Part shown: positions 35,394 to 43,950 of the stretch, in pieces | Position numbering within the stretch: position 1 is the first letter of the stretch | How the letters are laid out: each line of letters starts with the position of its first letter | Source of the DNA: Halobacteria archaeon | Lineage (GTDB): Archaea; Halobacteriota; Syntropharchaeia; JACQPP01 | Assembly (NCBI GenBank): GCA_038869515.1 | Contig: JAWCQZ010000003.1 | Location: forward strand, 193,652 to 257,651 | Direction: 5' to 3' | DNA: 64,000 bases | Notes under the pieces: model-generated | Seen by the model: the letters and a program-made list of their open reading frames with translations, nothing else | What the model was told of the DNA's origin: nothing | Database searches by the model: none | Program-made: the position numbers and the translations under genes

Positions 35394-36004
35394 CCGGCCA
35401 GCCTCCCCCCCTCCAGCCGCAGGAGGCGGCCCAGGCCGCAGGCCGACTCGGAGCCTCCCGCCATCGCGAGGGCCGCCCCCGGAAACTCCCGGAGGGTCCG
35501 GGAGACGAGGTCGCGCCCCTCCGCGTCGAGGTGGGAGAGGGGCTCGTCGAGGAGCAGGAGGTCGGGCCGGTGGAGGAGGGCCCGGGCGAGGTTGAGCCGC
35601 TGGCGCATTCCTCGGGAGAAGCCGGCCACCGGGCGGTCGGGCGGAACCCCGAAACTCTGCAGCAGCTCCTCCGCGGGGGGGTCGCCGAGGCTCCGGAGGC
35701 GGGCGTAGAGCGCGAGGTTCTCCCGGGCGGTGAGGGCGTCGTAGAGCCACGGCTCGTGGCCCGCGACCCCCACGCGCCCCCGCGCGGTCCGGTCTGCGTA
35801 GAGGTCCCGGCCGAAGACCCGGACGCTCCCGGCGCCCGGCCGGAGGAGCCCCGCGGCGATGCGGAAGAGGGTGGTCTTCCCGGAACCGTTAGGGCCCACC
35901 ACCGCGGCCTTCTCCCTCTCGCCGAGGGCGAGGGAGAGGCCCCGGAGGACCGGGGGGCCCCCGAAGGAGCGGGTGACGGACTCCAGGCGGAGGGCGTCGG
36001 CCAT
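35390..36004 (-). CDS. ccmA: Haem exporter ABC ATPase CcmA
   Basis: 204 aa. Walker A GPNGSGKTT, signature FSRGMRQR, Walker B LLLLDEP. Confidence 0.9.
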   Translation of the reverse strand: MADALRLESVTRSFGGPPVLRGLSLALGEREKAAVVGPNGSGKTTLFRIAAGLLRPGAGSVRVFGRDLYADRTARGRVGVAGHEPWLYDALTARENLALYARLRSLGDPPAEELLQSFGVPPDRPVAGFSRGMRQRLNLARALLHRPDLLLLDEPLSHLDAEGRDLVSRTLREFPGAALAMAGGSESACGLGRLLRLEGGRLAG

Positions 36005-36034
36005 GGGGAGCCCTTTTGGAGGAGAGAGAAAAGG

Positions 36035-36298
36035 ATGCGCCCCCTGGTCCTGGTCGGGAAGGCCGACTGCCCGCTGTGCGACGAAGCGAGAGAGGTGGTG
36101 GCGCGCGTGGCGGCGGAGTTCGGGCTGGAGGCGGAGCGGGTGGATGTGGCTTCGGAGCCGGGGCTGGAGAGGTATCGCGACCAGGTGCCGGTGGTGTTGT
36201 GGAGGGGGCGGCCAGTTGCCAAACTCCGGGTACGGGAGGGTGTGCTGAGAAGGAGGTTGAAAGAAGAGTCAGAGGCCGCACGCGATGAGCGGGCGTAG
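36035..36298 (+). CDS. Glutaredoxin-like thioredoxin-fold protein (CPLC)
   Basis: Last 87 aa of track ORF 35372..36298. MRPLVLVGKADCPLCDEA...VPVV.... A GGAGG-like element lies upstream. Confidence 0.75.
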   Translation: MRPLVLVGKADCPLCDEAREVVARVAAEFGLEAERVDVASEPGLERYRDQVPVVLWRGRPVAKLRVREGVLRRRLKEESEAARDERA

Positions 36299-36320
36299 TT
36301 CGCTCATCACCCGGGTTTTG

Positions 36321-36737
36321 TCACGGATGCCGCACCCAGCGGCTTTCCCCGGAAGAGAAGACTTCCTTCTTCCAAATCGGGGCGGTGACCTTCAGGGTGT
36401 CGATCAGCCACTCGCACGCATCGAACGCCTCCTTCCGGTGGGCCGCCGCGGCGGCCACCAGGACCGCGTTTTCTCCCGGAGGCAGGGCGCCGGTCCGGTG
36501 GATGATGGCGACCCGTTTGACGCCGAATTTTGCCCGGGCCTCCCCGGCCAGTTTTTTCAGGCTCCGCTCCGCCTCCTCCCGCCACGCCTCGTACTCGAGG
36601 CGCTCCAGCGGCCCCGCCGGGTCGACGCCCCGCACGCTCCCGACGAAGAAGACGAGGCCGCCGACGTCCGGGGCCTTGAGGGCGCGGAGGGTTTCGTCGA
36701 GGTCGAAATCCCCGGCCTGGATGCGGATGAGGTCCAT
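36321..36737 (-). CDS. moaE: Molybdopterin synthase catalytic subunit
   Basis: Track ORF 36321..36800 (TTG start, overlaps tRNA-Gln) trimmed to ATG 36737. ...GGLVFFVGSVRG...LEYEAW...AAAHRKEAF.A.EW.ID.LK...PIWKKE. Confidence 0.85.
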   Translation of the reverse strand: MDLIRIQAGDFDLDETLRALKAPDVGGLVFFVGSVRGVDPAGPLERLEYEAWREEAERSLKKLAGEARAKFGVKRVAIIHRTGALPPGENAVLVAAAAAHRKEAFDACEWLIDTLKVTAPIWKKEVFSSGESRWVRHP

Positions 36738-36778
36738 CGGGAAGATTATGCCCCCCGAAGAAAAGGGATGAGTGGAAC

Positions 36779-36851
36779 AGCCCCGTGGGGTAGTGGACAA
36801 TCCTTTCGGGCTTTGGACCCGAAGACGGCGGTTCGAATCCGCCCGGGGCTA
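36779..36851 (+). tRNA. tRNA-Gln (anticodon TTG)
   Basis: AGCCCCG acceptor pairs with CGGGGCT. Anticodon stem TCGGG/CCCGA with loop CTTTGGA. T arm GGCGG-TTCGAAT-CCGCC. Discriminator A. Confidence 0.85.
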
Positions 36852-36873
36852 ACTGTCGCAGGCTGTCTCCGGA

Positions 36874-36899
36874 GGGAGGGGGGCTTCGCCCCCCCTCCC
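36874..36899. repeat. G-tract/C-tract hairpin (GGGAGGGGGG-CTTCGC-CCCCCCTCCC) 23 nt beyond the 3' end of tRNA-Gln
   Basis: 10-bp stem read directly. Same arm composition and CTTCG loop core as the hairpin at 7488..7521. Confidence 0.7.
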
Positions 36900-36954
36900 C
36901 CCGTTCACAGGCACACCCCCCACCCCCCTGGTTTTCCAAATTCGAAATGTGCCG

Positions 36955-38034
36955 CTATTGCCAGGAGGGGAGGACTTCCTTGCCGAACAGTTTGAGCGAC
37001 TCCATGATTTTGTCGTGGGGGAGACGCCCCGCCTGGACCAGCATCACCATCTGGGTGACGCCGATTTTGTCGTAGAGCTCGATGGCGTCGTTGATGGTCC
37101 CCGGCGCCCCCACCAGGATGGTGCCGTTCTTGGTCAGGTCGATGGGGCGCTTCACCTTGAGGGGGTCCACGATGTCGCTGCGCAGATGGCTGTAGAACTC
37201 GTAGCCCGGGGTGTCCTTCCCGTACCACGGCCGGAAGAGCCGCAGGCCGGAGTCGACGAAGAACATGGCGGCCGAGACCCCGAGTTTCAGCGCGCCGGCG
37301 TCGGTCTTCTCGCAATACATGACCGTGAGCGCCCCGATGTTCCGGTTGACGAACTTCCCCACGGGCCGGGCCGGCTTCTTGACCGCGTCGCAGTAGGCCT
37401 GGACCGACTTCTCGAGGTCGGCGGGCGCGTTGTATCCGAAACAGAGCGCCCCCATGCCCCGCTCCCCCGCCTGGGTGAAGGTCATCGGCTGCGTCGCCGC
37501 GGCCCAGAGGGGCGGGTGGGGCTTCTGGATGGGCTTCGGGTGGATGGAGCGCGGGGGGACTTTGCAGTACTTTCCGTCGCAGGAGAAGGGGTCCTCCATC
37601 CACATCCGCGGGATGAGTTCGACCGCCTCCTCCCACATCGGCTTCGAGTCCTTGGGGTCGATGCCGAACCCCTCCAGCTCCTCGCGGGTGATGGAGCGGC
37701 CGGTCCCGAACTCGAGGCGCCCCTTGCTCATGATGTCGAGCACCGCGGCCCGCTCGGCGACGCGGACCGGGTGGTTGAAGTTGCAGGGGAGGAGAGCAAC
37801 CCCCTGGCCGATCCGGATTTTCTCCGTCCTCTGGCTCACCGCGCCGAGGAAGACTTCGGGGGCGCTCGAGTGGGAATATTCCGAGAGGAAGTGGTGCTCC
37901 ACCTCCCAGACATACTGGAGGCCGATCTCCTCGCCAAGGACGATCTGGTCGAGGGCCTGGTGGTAGATGTCGTATTCGCTCCGCTCGTTCCACGGCTTGG
38001 GGGTCTGCATCTCGTAGAGCAGACCGAACTTCAT
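36955..38034 (-). CDS. Luciferase-like (LLM class) flavin/F420-dependent oxidoreductase
   Basis: Last 359 aa of track ORF 36955..38208. MKFGLLYEM...WEVEHHF..YS.SSAPEVFL..... TIM-barrel LLM pattern. Confidence 0.85.
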   Translation of the reverse strand: MKFGLLYEMQTPKPWNERSEYDIYHQALDQIVLGEEIGLQYVWEVEHHFLSEYSHSSAPEVFLGAVSQRTEKIRIGQGVALLPCNFNHPVRVAERAAVLDIMSKGRLEFGTGRSITREELEGFGIDPKDSKPMWEEAVELIPRMWMEDPFSCDGKYCKVPPRSIHPKPIQKPHPPLWAAATQPMTFTQAGERGMGALCFGYNAPADLEKSVQAYCDAVKKPARPVGKFVNRNIGALTVMYCEKTDAGALKLGVSAAMFFVDSGLRLFRPWYGKDTPGYEFYSHLRSDIVDPLKVKRPIDLTKNGTILVGAPGTINDAIELYDKIGVTQMVMLVQAGRLPHDKIMESLKLFGKEVLPSWQ

Positions 38035-38038
38035 CGGC

Positions 38039-39082
38039 TCAATACGCCCCGTAAATCCGCGGCGGGTCGAAGTGCTCCTTGAGCAGCTTCGCAATCCGCA
38101 GGAAGCCATCCCGGGCGGGCATCTCGCCGTCGGCGACGAACGCGCGGGTCCGGTCCACGAGGAGCCCGGCCACCGACGGGCCGGCCGCGACCTCGGCCAC
38201 CGTCGCAAGTCTCCCGCGGAGCGGCGTCTGCAACGGATGGACCGGGACCTTGGGCCACTGGGCGGCGGACTGGGCGAGGGGCTTCTGGAGGCCAGCCTCG
38301 GCCAGGGAGGCCTGGGCTTTGGCCGGCGGAGCCCCCGCGGCGGCCGCCAGGACCTTGTCGAGCTCCGCCTCCTCGACCGGCAGGAGGTCGGGGTCGGTGG
38401 CCAGGACGGCGTGGAGGGCCGGGGGGCCCGGGGTGAAGCCGACGTGGACCGGGGAGACCGCCACGGACCTGGCGAGGGCCGCGAGGGCCTTCCCGAGGGC
38501 CGCGCCGTCGGCGAATGCGTAGGAGAGGCTCTTCACCGCCCCGCGGGGCCGGAGTTGGAGGGTGACCGCGGCCACGATGCCGAGGGCCCGCCGGCCCCCG
38601 AGGAAGAGGCCCTTCAGGTCGAAGGGGCCGGAGGCGGCCCGGGAGGGGCCGGTGTCGAGGAAATCCCCGTCGAGGGTGAGGGCCTGCACGCCCCGGACCG
38701 CGGTCGCGGGGCCGCCCAGGCCGAACGCTCCGAAGCCGGGAGTTCCCGTTTCCGCCCATTCGCCGACCGGCACCGTGGCGATGGGGATTGAGGCGAGGAA
38801 GTTGCGCTCGTAGAGGAACTCGAAGAGCCGGGAGCAGGGCACGCCCGCCTCCACGGTGACCGAGCACGCGTCCATGTCCCAGACGAGGACTTTGTTCATG
38901 TCGGAGAGGTCCACCCGGACCGGCGCGTTCCACGCGGTTCCGACGGGGAGCCTCTTCTTGGCGGCGAGTTTGACCACCCTGGAGAGGACCTTGGCGTCGG
39001 GGGGCCGCACCACGATGCTCCCGCCCTCCCGGCGCACGCGGTCCTTGCCGACGGTCCACCGGAGGTCCTGGGCGACGTCCAT
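38039..39082 (-). CDS. FAD_binding_4 (PCMH-type) domain protein, GlcE-like, with a degenerate FAD motif
   Basis: 347 aa. ...VVRPPDAKVLSRVVKLAAKKRLPVGTAWN...V.VEAGV....L......DLKGLFLGGRRALGIVAAVTLQLRP. Confidence 0.75.
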   Translation of the reverse strand: MDVAQDLRWTVGKDRVRREGGSIVVRPPDAKVLSRVVKLAAKKRLPVGTAWNAPVRVDLSDMNKVLVWDMDACSVTVEAGVPCSRLFEFLYERNFLASIPIATVPVGEWAETGTPGFGAFGLGGPATAVRGVQALTLDGDFLDTGPSRAASGPFDLKGLFLGGRRALGIVAAVTLQLRPRGAVKSLSYAFADGAALGKALAALARSVAVSPVHVGFTPGPPALHAVLATDPDLLPVEEAELDKVLAAAAGAPPAKAQASLAEAGLQKPLAQSAAQWPKVPVHPLQTPLRGRLATVAEVAAGPSVAGLLVDRTRAFVADGEMPARDGFLRIAKLLKEHFDPPRIYGAY

Positions 39083-39083
39083 C

Positions 39084-40598
39084 TCAGGTCGAGAGCAACT
39101 CCTCGCCCTTCACCAGCCGCCGGCCGATGGCCAGGGCGTCCTGGGCGACGTTCATCGTGGCCGCGGGGAGTTTCACCGGCAGGAGGCCGGCCGGGGTGAG
39201 CCGGAGGGAGGTGATTTTCCCCGGGTTGAGGACCGCGGACGGGTCGAGCCCCTTCTTGGCCCGGAGGAGGACCTCCACTCCGGCGCTCGACCGGATGCGC
39301 AGAATCTGGGGGCCGAGCAGCTGCCCCTTCGCGTCCTGCAGGGGGTCCACGAAGTCGCCGTGGAGTTTGTCGAGGTGGCCGGTGCCGAGGAGCCCGTAGC
39401 CCCCGGGCTGCCCCCCGAGCTCGAGGGCGAGGTCGTTCATCTTCTTGACGAGCCCCAGCGCGAAGAGGGTCCCGAAAGGGCGGCGGAGGTCGAGGAGGGG
39501 GTAGGGCTCCACCAGGAGGGTCCCCCGGGCCACCGCCACTCCGGTGAACGACCCGTGGAGCTTCATGCGGGCGAGGAGGGCGCGGAATCCCTGGGCGAAG
39601 TCCCCGAGCCGGTCGGCCGGGAGCAGCAGGGGCCACCGGAGGGGGTGGAAGTAGTCCACCGGGAATCTGTAGATCTCGTGGACCGCCTTCCACTCCCGGT
39701 TCCCGGACTCCCGGGCGGGCTTGGCCCCGCCCACGAGGGCGTTGACCCGGGACTCGGCCTTGGCCAGGAGGGGTTTCGGGCCCGCCAGGACCGCGTTGAG
39801 CATGTAGGGCGCGCCGATCTCCCCGCGCTCCCGCAAGAGCCACCGGTAGTGGTTGGCCTCGCCGAAGAGGATGGCGTGGAGGGGGAGGGGGGCCGCGTTG
39901 AGGCGCCCGACGGCCTCCGAGAGGTCCCTGGCCCGCTCGAAGAGGAACCCGAGGGGCCGGACCTCCTCGGGCTTCGGCTCCAGGCGCAGGGTGGCCCGGG
40001 TGAATATCCCGAGGAGCCCTTCTGCACCCGCGAAGGCGAGGGCGGTCGGGCCATCCGCGGGGAGGACCTCGCCGTTTCCGAGGACCACCTCGGCGTCGGC
40101 CACCCGGGAGGCGAAGGAGCCGAGGCGCAGGGAGCCCAATCCCCAGCCCCCGCGTCCCAGGAAACTGCCGACCGTCGAGGCGGGGCCGAAGAGCGGGTGC
40201 GGACCGGCCTCGAGCCCCTTGGCCGCGGCCTCGGCCACGAGCCTCTTCATGGGAACCCCTGCGCCCGCCACCGCGCGGAGGTCGTCCGCGTCAATCTCGA
40301 GGGAGGACATCTCGGAGGTGTCCACGATGATGCCGCCTCCGACCGGGATGGAGCCGCCGGAGCTCGACGTGCCCGCGCCTCTCGGCACCACCGCCATCTT
40401 CTGCGCCGCGGCGAACTTCACCACCTCAGCCGCTTCGGCCCCGTCCCGGGGCCTGGCCACGTAATCGGGGGTGGTCCGGACGAGGAGGTCGAGGAATGTC
40501 GTGAGGGGGCCGACGGCCTCGCCGGTCCCGAACCGGACCTTCCATCCCTCCGTGAACCGCCCCTGGACGGCCATCTCTGCGAGGGGGCCTTCGGGCAT
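39084..40598 (-). CDS. FAD-linked oxidase (GlcD / alkyl-DHAP synthase-like)
   Basis: 504 aa. ...PDYVARPRDGAEAAEVVKFAAAQKMAVVPRGAGTSSSGGS... followed by an FAD-oxidase C-terminal domain. Confidence 0.8.
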   Translation of the reverse strand: MPEGPLAEMAVQGRFTEGWKVRFGTGEAVGPLTTFLDLLVRTTPDYVARPRDGAEAAEVVKFAAAQKMAVVPRGAGTSSSGGSIPVGGGIIVDTSEMSSLEIDADDLRAVAGAGVPMKRLVAEAAAKGLEAGPHPLFGPASTVGSFLGRGGWGLGSLRLGSFASRVADAEVVLGNGEVLPADGPTALAFAGAEGLLGIFTRATLRLEPKPEEVRPLGFLFERARDLSEAVGRLNAAPLPLHAILFGEANHYRWLLRERGEIGAPYMLNAVLAGPKPLLAKAESRVNALVGGAKPARESGNREWKAVHEIYRFPVDYFHPLRWPLLLPADRLGDFAQGFRALLARMKLHGSFTGVAVARGTLLVEPYPLLDLRRPFGTLFALGLVKKMNDLALELGGQPGGYGLLGTGHLDKLHGDFVDPLQDAKGQLLGPQILRIRSSAGVEVLLRAKKGLDPSAVLNPGKITSLRLTPAGLLPVKLPAATMNVAQDALAIGRRLVKGEELLST

Positions 40599-40628
40599 CG
40601 GGGAGAATGGAGGACGAGGCTTTAAACG

Positions 40629-42416
40629 TTAGGATTTTCCGCCCGTGATTTTCGCCCTCTTCTGCATCCGGAAGAGTTCGACGATCTCGCGGACCGTCGT
40701 GGCATCCTCGGGCCGCCGGTCCTCGCGGACCCGCCCCACGATGCGCGGAAAGCGGAGGGCGTAGCCCGGCTCGTTCCCCTCCCGGCCGCAGGTGTGCTGG
40801 GGGCTCCGGGTCACCTCGTCGGCCGCCACCTCCACCACGTAGCGCGGCTCGCACCAGACGTCGGGTTCGGGCTCGAAGACCGAATCGACGCTCTTCGGCT
40901 TTTTCGGCAGGGCCACTCCGTCCAGGAGCCCCTTCATTTTCACCATCTCTTCCTCCGTGAGCCCTGAGCCCATCCGGGCCACGGTCTTGAATGCGTCCGA
41001 GCCGGGGTCGTAGACCGCCCCCAGAAGGGTGCCGATGCCGAACTCGGCCCTCTGCCCCCGCCCTTTGTAGTAGCCGACCACCGCCAGGTCCACCGTGTCG
41101 GCCATCCCTCCCTGGTAGGACTTCTTCAGTTTGACCCAGGCGAACTTGCGGGCTCCGGCCACGTAGGGCGCTGACAGGTCCTTGGCGATGATTCCCTCGA
41201 GGCCCGCGTTGACGCACTTCTTGAAGAACGCGTCGAGGGCCTTCGCCGTCGAGACCGGCCGGGCCTCCGCCAGGGAGACCGCTGGGCCCGGGGAGACCGC
41301 CCTCTCGAGCCGCTTCCGCCGCTCGCCGTAGGGGACGCCGGTGAGGTCCTCGCCGTCCTGGTAGAGCAGGTCGAAGGCGAACAGCCGCAGGGGCAACTCC
41401 TTCGCCGCCTCCGCGACCCCGTGCTTCCGCTTCCGCTGCATGGTCTCCTGGAACGGGAGATAGACGCCCGACTTGTCGTCGTAGGAGAGCGCCTCCCCCT
41501 CGACGATGACCTCGCCGCCCAACTGCTTCCGCACCCCCTCCACGATTTCGGGGAACATCGGCGTGGTCCTCTCCAGCCTCCGCGAGAACAGTTCGACCCT
41601 CTCCCCGGCCTTGTGGACCTGGATGCGGAACCCGTCGTACTTCGCCTCGGCCATGCAGGGCCCGAGCCGCTCGATGATCTCCTCCGCGTTCGGGAGCCGC
41701 TCGGCCAGGGCGGGGCGGATGGGGCTCCCGATGCGCGGCTTGAACCTCTTCAGTTTGGCGGGCGACTCCGCGAGGGTCTTGGCCACGAGGCCGAGGTCCG
41801 AGCAGAGGTTGTAGGCGCGCTCCAACTCCTCCTTGAGGGACTTGTCCCCCGCCTCCCGGGCCGACAGGGCCTCCAGGATTGTGGCGTCGCCGACCCCGAG
41901 GCGGAGGCGGCCCACCGGGATGCGGGCCAGGTAGCGACCCTCCCGGGGCGTCGCCGCAGAGAGGAGGCCGGTGAGGAGATCAATGCGAGTCTCCTGGGAG
42001 CCGGGCCCGGAGGCCCGGGCCATCCTCTCGAAGGCCTCGAAGACCTCGGCGACCGTCAGCGGGGGCCGGAAGACGAGCCCTCTCGGCCTCTTCCGGAGGA
42101 GCCGTTCGGCGGTGAGTCCCAGGTCCCCGGTCTCCTTGTAGTCCTTCTCCACGTCGGCCCGGCTCCGCCCCGCGGCCCGCCCCGCCGCCTCGGCCACGAA
42201 CTTCTCCCCGAGACCCACCTCGAGGCCCGTGTGGGGGGGCGCGATCCCCCCCTGGAGGAGGTAGATGGCCCGATCCATCTCGGCCGTCGGGATCCTCTTG
42301 AACATCTCGCCGAGGATGGCCATCATCTTCAGCCTCTTGGGCGTGGCCTCCACCCGTTCCAGGGTCTCGCAGAATTCGGCGAACTTCATCGAAGAGTTGA
42401 GGGTTCCCGGAGACAT
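40629..42416 (-). CDS. lig: ATP-dependent DNA ligase
   Basis: 595 aa. Motif I EAKYDGFRIQVHK, plus OB-fold and DNA-binding domains. Alternative ATG at 42389 (MKFAEFCETL). Confidence 0.9.
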   Translation of the reverse strand: MSPGTLNSSMKFAEFCETLERVEATPKRLKMMAILGEMFKRIPTAEMDRAIYLLQGGIAPPHTGLEVGLGEKFVAEAAGRAAGRSRADVEKDYKETGDLGLTAERLLRKRPRGLVFRPPLTVAEVFEAFERMARASGPGSQETRIDLLTGLLSAATPREGRYLARIPVGRLRLGVGDATILEALSAREAGDKSLKEELERAYNLCSDLGLVAKTLAESPAKLKRFKPRIGSPIRPALAERLPNAEEIIERLGPCMAEAKYDGFRIQVHKAGERVELFSRRLERTTPMFPEIVEGVRKQLGGEVIVEGEALSYDDKSGVYLPFQETMQRKRKHGVAEAAKELPLRLFAFDLLYQDGEDLTGVPYGERRKRLERAVSPGPAVSLAEARPVSTAKALDAFFKKCVNAGLEGIIAKDLSAPYVAGARKFAWVKLKKSYQGGMADTVDLAVVGYYKGRGQRAEFGIGTLLGAVYDPGSDAFKTVARMGSGLTEEEMVKMKGLLDGVALPKKPKSVDSVFEPEPDVWCEPRYVVEVAADEVTRSPQHTCGREGNEPGYALRFPRIVGRVREDRRPEDATTVREIVELFRMQKRAKITGGKS

Positions 42417-42452
42417 AAGCCCGACTCCGGAACCGGTTCCGGGAGCGCGGGC

Positions 42453-42671
42453 CTATTTGACGACGAAGTAGCCGGCGGCCTTGTCGCGGGCGACCCGCTT
42501 CGCGTAGCCCTTCTGGATGAGTGCCTGGAGGCCGTTGGTCACCATGCCCTTCGGCAACTTGGCGGCCCGCATGATGTCGTCGGCGGTCTTCATCTTGTCC
42601 TCGGCCGAGGCTCCCAGTTTCTTGAGGGCCTCGTAGACCTGCTTCTCCTGGTTGTTGAGTTCCGCGGCCAT
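42453..42671 (-). CDS. Small winged-helix DNA-binding protein
   Basis: 72 aa. EKQVYEALKKLGASAE..MKTADDIMRAAKLPKGMVTNGLQALIQKGYAKRV. Own TATA box. Confidence 0.7.
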   Translation of the reverse strand: MAAELNNQEKQVYEALKKLGASAEDKMKTADDIMRAAKLPKGMVTNGLQALIQKGYAKRVARDKAAGYFVVK

Positions 42672-42693
42672 CGGACGGGCATAGGAACTCCGG

Positions 42694-42705
42694 CTTAAAT
42701 ATTTT
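42694..42705 (-). promoter_or_regulatory. TATA box (AAAATATTTAAG on the minus strand) about 29 nt upstream of ATG 42671
   Basis: Position and composition. Confidence 0.45.
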
Positions 42706-42740
42706 GCTTCCGGGCTCGCGGCGGCACCCGCCCCATCCCC

Positions 42741-42750
42741 AAGTATATAT
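42741..42750 (+). promoter_or_regulatory. TATA box (AAGTATATAT) about 28 nt upstream of ATG 42774 (leaderless)
   Basis: Position and composition. Confidence 0.45.
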
Positions 42751-42773
42751 GCGAAGTCCCCCGCCCCGGAGTG

Positions 42774-43943
42774 ATGGTCGGGCGACTTCTGCCAGCGCTG
42801 GTTCTGCTCCTCCTGGTTTCAACTCCACTCCGGGCCGACCCCACTGTGCTGAGCTACTCCCTCGACCCCGACTTCGCCGTCTACGGTCCGGACGTCCAGG
42901 TGAAGGTCCGGGCGCAGATTGCCGGAGGACAGCCTCAAGCATACCAACTCTTCCTGGCATCGGAACTCGTCTTCCGCGACTGGAAGAACAAGGTGGATGG
43001 ACAGCCCTGGGTGGGTTCCGGCGGAGACCTGGCGGCCCCGTTTGCAATCGACGTCCCGGCCCAGGCGTCTACTATCACGATTTCGTTGAACGGCTCCACC
43101 CCCAACCAGGCCCGGACGGAACCGAGGACTCTTTTCCGCGCGGAGTGGAAGGACGGCGCAGGCGTCGTCCGCGAGCTGAAAATCGACCGCCGCCAGGTCG
43201 GTCCGGTGAGCGTCGCAACCACGCCGACCCCGGCTCCGACCCCCACCCCGGCTCCGACCCCAACCCCGGCGCCCTCCGGCCCCGGGACCCTTAAGGTGGT
43301 CATCGAGCCCCCGGGCCTTGTCGCTTCCATCTTTGTGGACGGGAAGTTCGGCGGCAACGGCTCCTACGAGGCCACCGGGCTGGTCCTGGGCCAATACCTG
43401 GTCTCCTTCGGAGAGGTCTCGGGCTACGAGAAGCCCGACTCCCGGGTGGTGACCCTCACCGACTCCCAGCCCTCCGTCCTCCTCACCGGCCAATACCGTG
43501 CCATCGCCGCGACTCCCGCTCCGGCCCCTGCCACACCTGCCCCCGCCACCCCGGAGCCGACACCCGCCCCGCCTCCCCCGGCGGCTCCGGGCCTTCCATT
43601 GGCCGCCGCGGGAGCCGCGGTCGGGGTCTTGGTGATTGCAGGCGCGGCGCTCCTCATCCTCCGGAAGAGGAAATCCGCACCCCCGCGCGCCGGGGAGCCC
43701 CCGTCGCCCGAGACCCCGCCCCCCGAGCCGGTCGCGGCATCCCGCGAGGCCGAGTCCACTCCCGAGGAGATTTCCCTGGACACGTTGCGAAAGAAGAAGG
43801 AGAAACTCGAGTCCAAGAGAGCCCGCCTGGAGGAGCAGAGGGGGAAGGGCGAGGTGGAGGCGGGGGAGTACGAGGAGAAGAAGAAGCGCTACGAGAGAGA
43901 ACTGGAGGAACTCGACCGGGAGATCTCCAAGCGGTCGGGCTAA
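42774..43943 (+). CDS. Single-pass membrane protein: signal peptide, extracellular domain, PEGA-like domain, TM helix, cytoplasmic coiled coil with a SHOCT-like end
   Basis: The track start at 42771 is GTG and ATG follows at 42774. (TP)n/(AP)n linkers. KVVIEPPGLVASIFVDGKF...GQYLVSF resembles PEGA. The tail GEVEAGEYEEKKKRYERELEEL resembles SHOCT. Confidence 0.75.
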   Translation: MVGRLLPALVLLLLVSTPLRADPTVLSYSLDPDFAVYGPDVQVKVRAQIAGGQPQAYQLFLASELVFRDWKNKVDGQPWVGSGGDLAAPFAIDVPAQASTITISLNGSTPNQARTEPRTLFRAEWKDGAGVVRELKIDRRQVGPVSVATTPTPAPTPTPAPTPTPAPSGPGTLKVVIEPPGLVASIFVDGKFGGNGSYEATGLVLGQYLVSFGEVSGYEKPDSRVVTLTDSQPSVLLTGQYRAIAATPAPAPATPAPATPEPTPAPPPPAAPGLPLAAAGAAVGVLVIAGAALLILRKRKSAPPRAGEPPSPETPPPEPVAASREAESTPEEISLDTLRKKKEKLESKRARLEEQRGKGEVEAGEYEEKKKRYERELEELDREISKRSG

Positions 43944-43950
43944 TCCCTGT

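Noticed and set aside
43219-43275. Tandem ~18-nt repeats (CCGGCTCCGACCCCNACC)
   Set aside because: They lie in frame within a CDS and encode a (TPAP)n linker. This is low-complexity coding sequence, not a CRISPR or regulatory array. Similar Pro/Thr/Ala linkers occur in the cupredoxin and cytochrome c genes.
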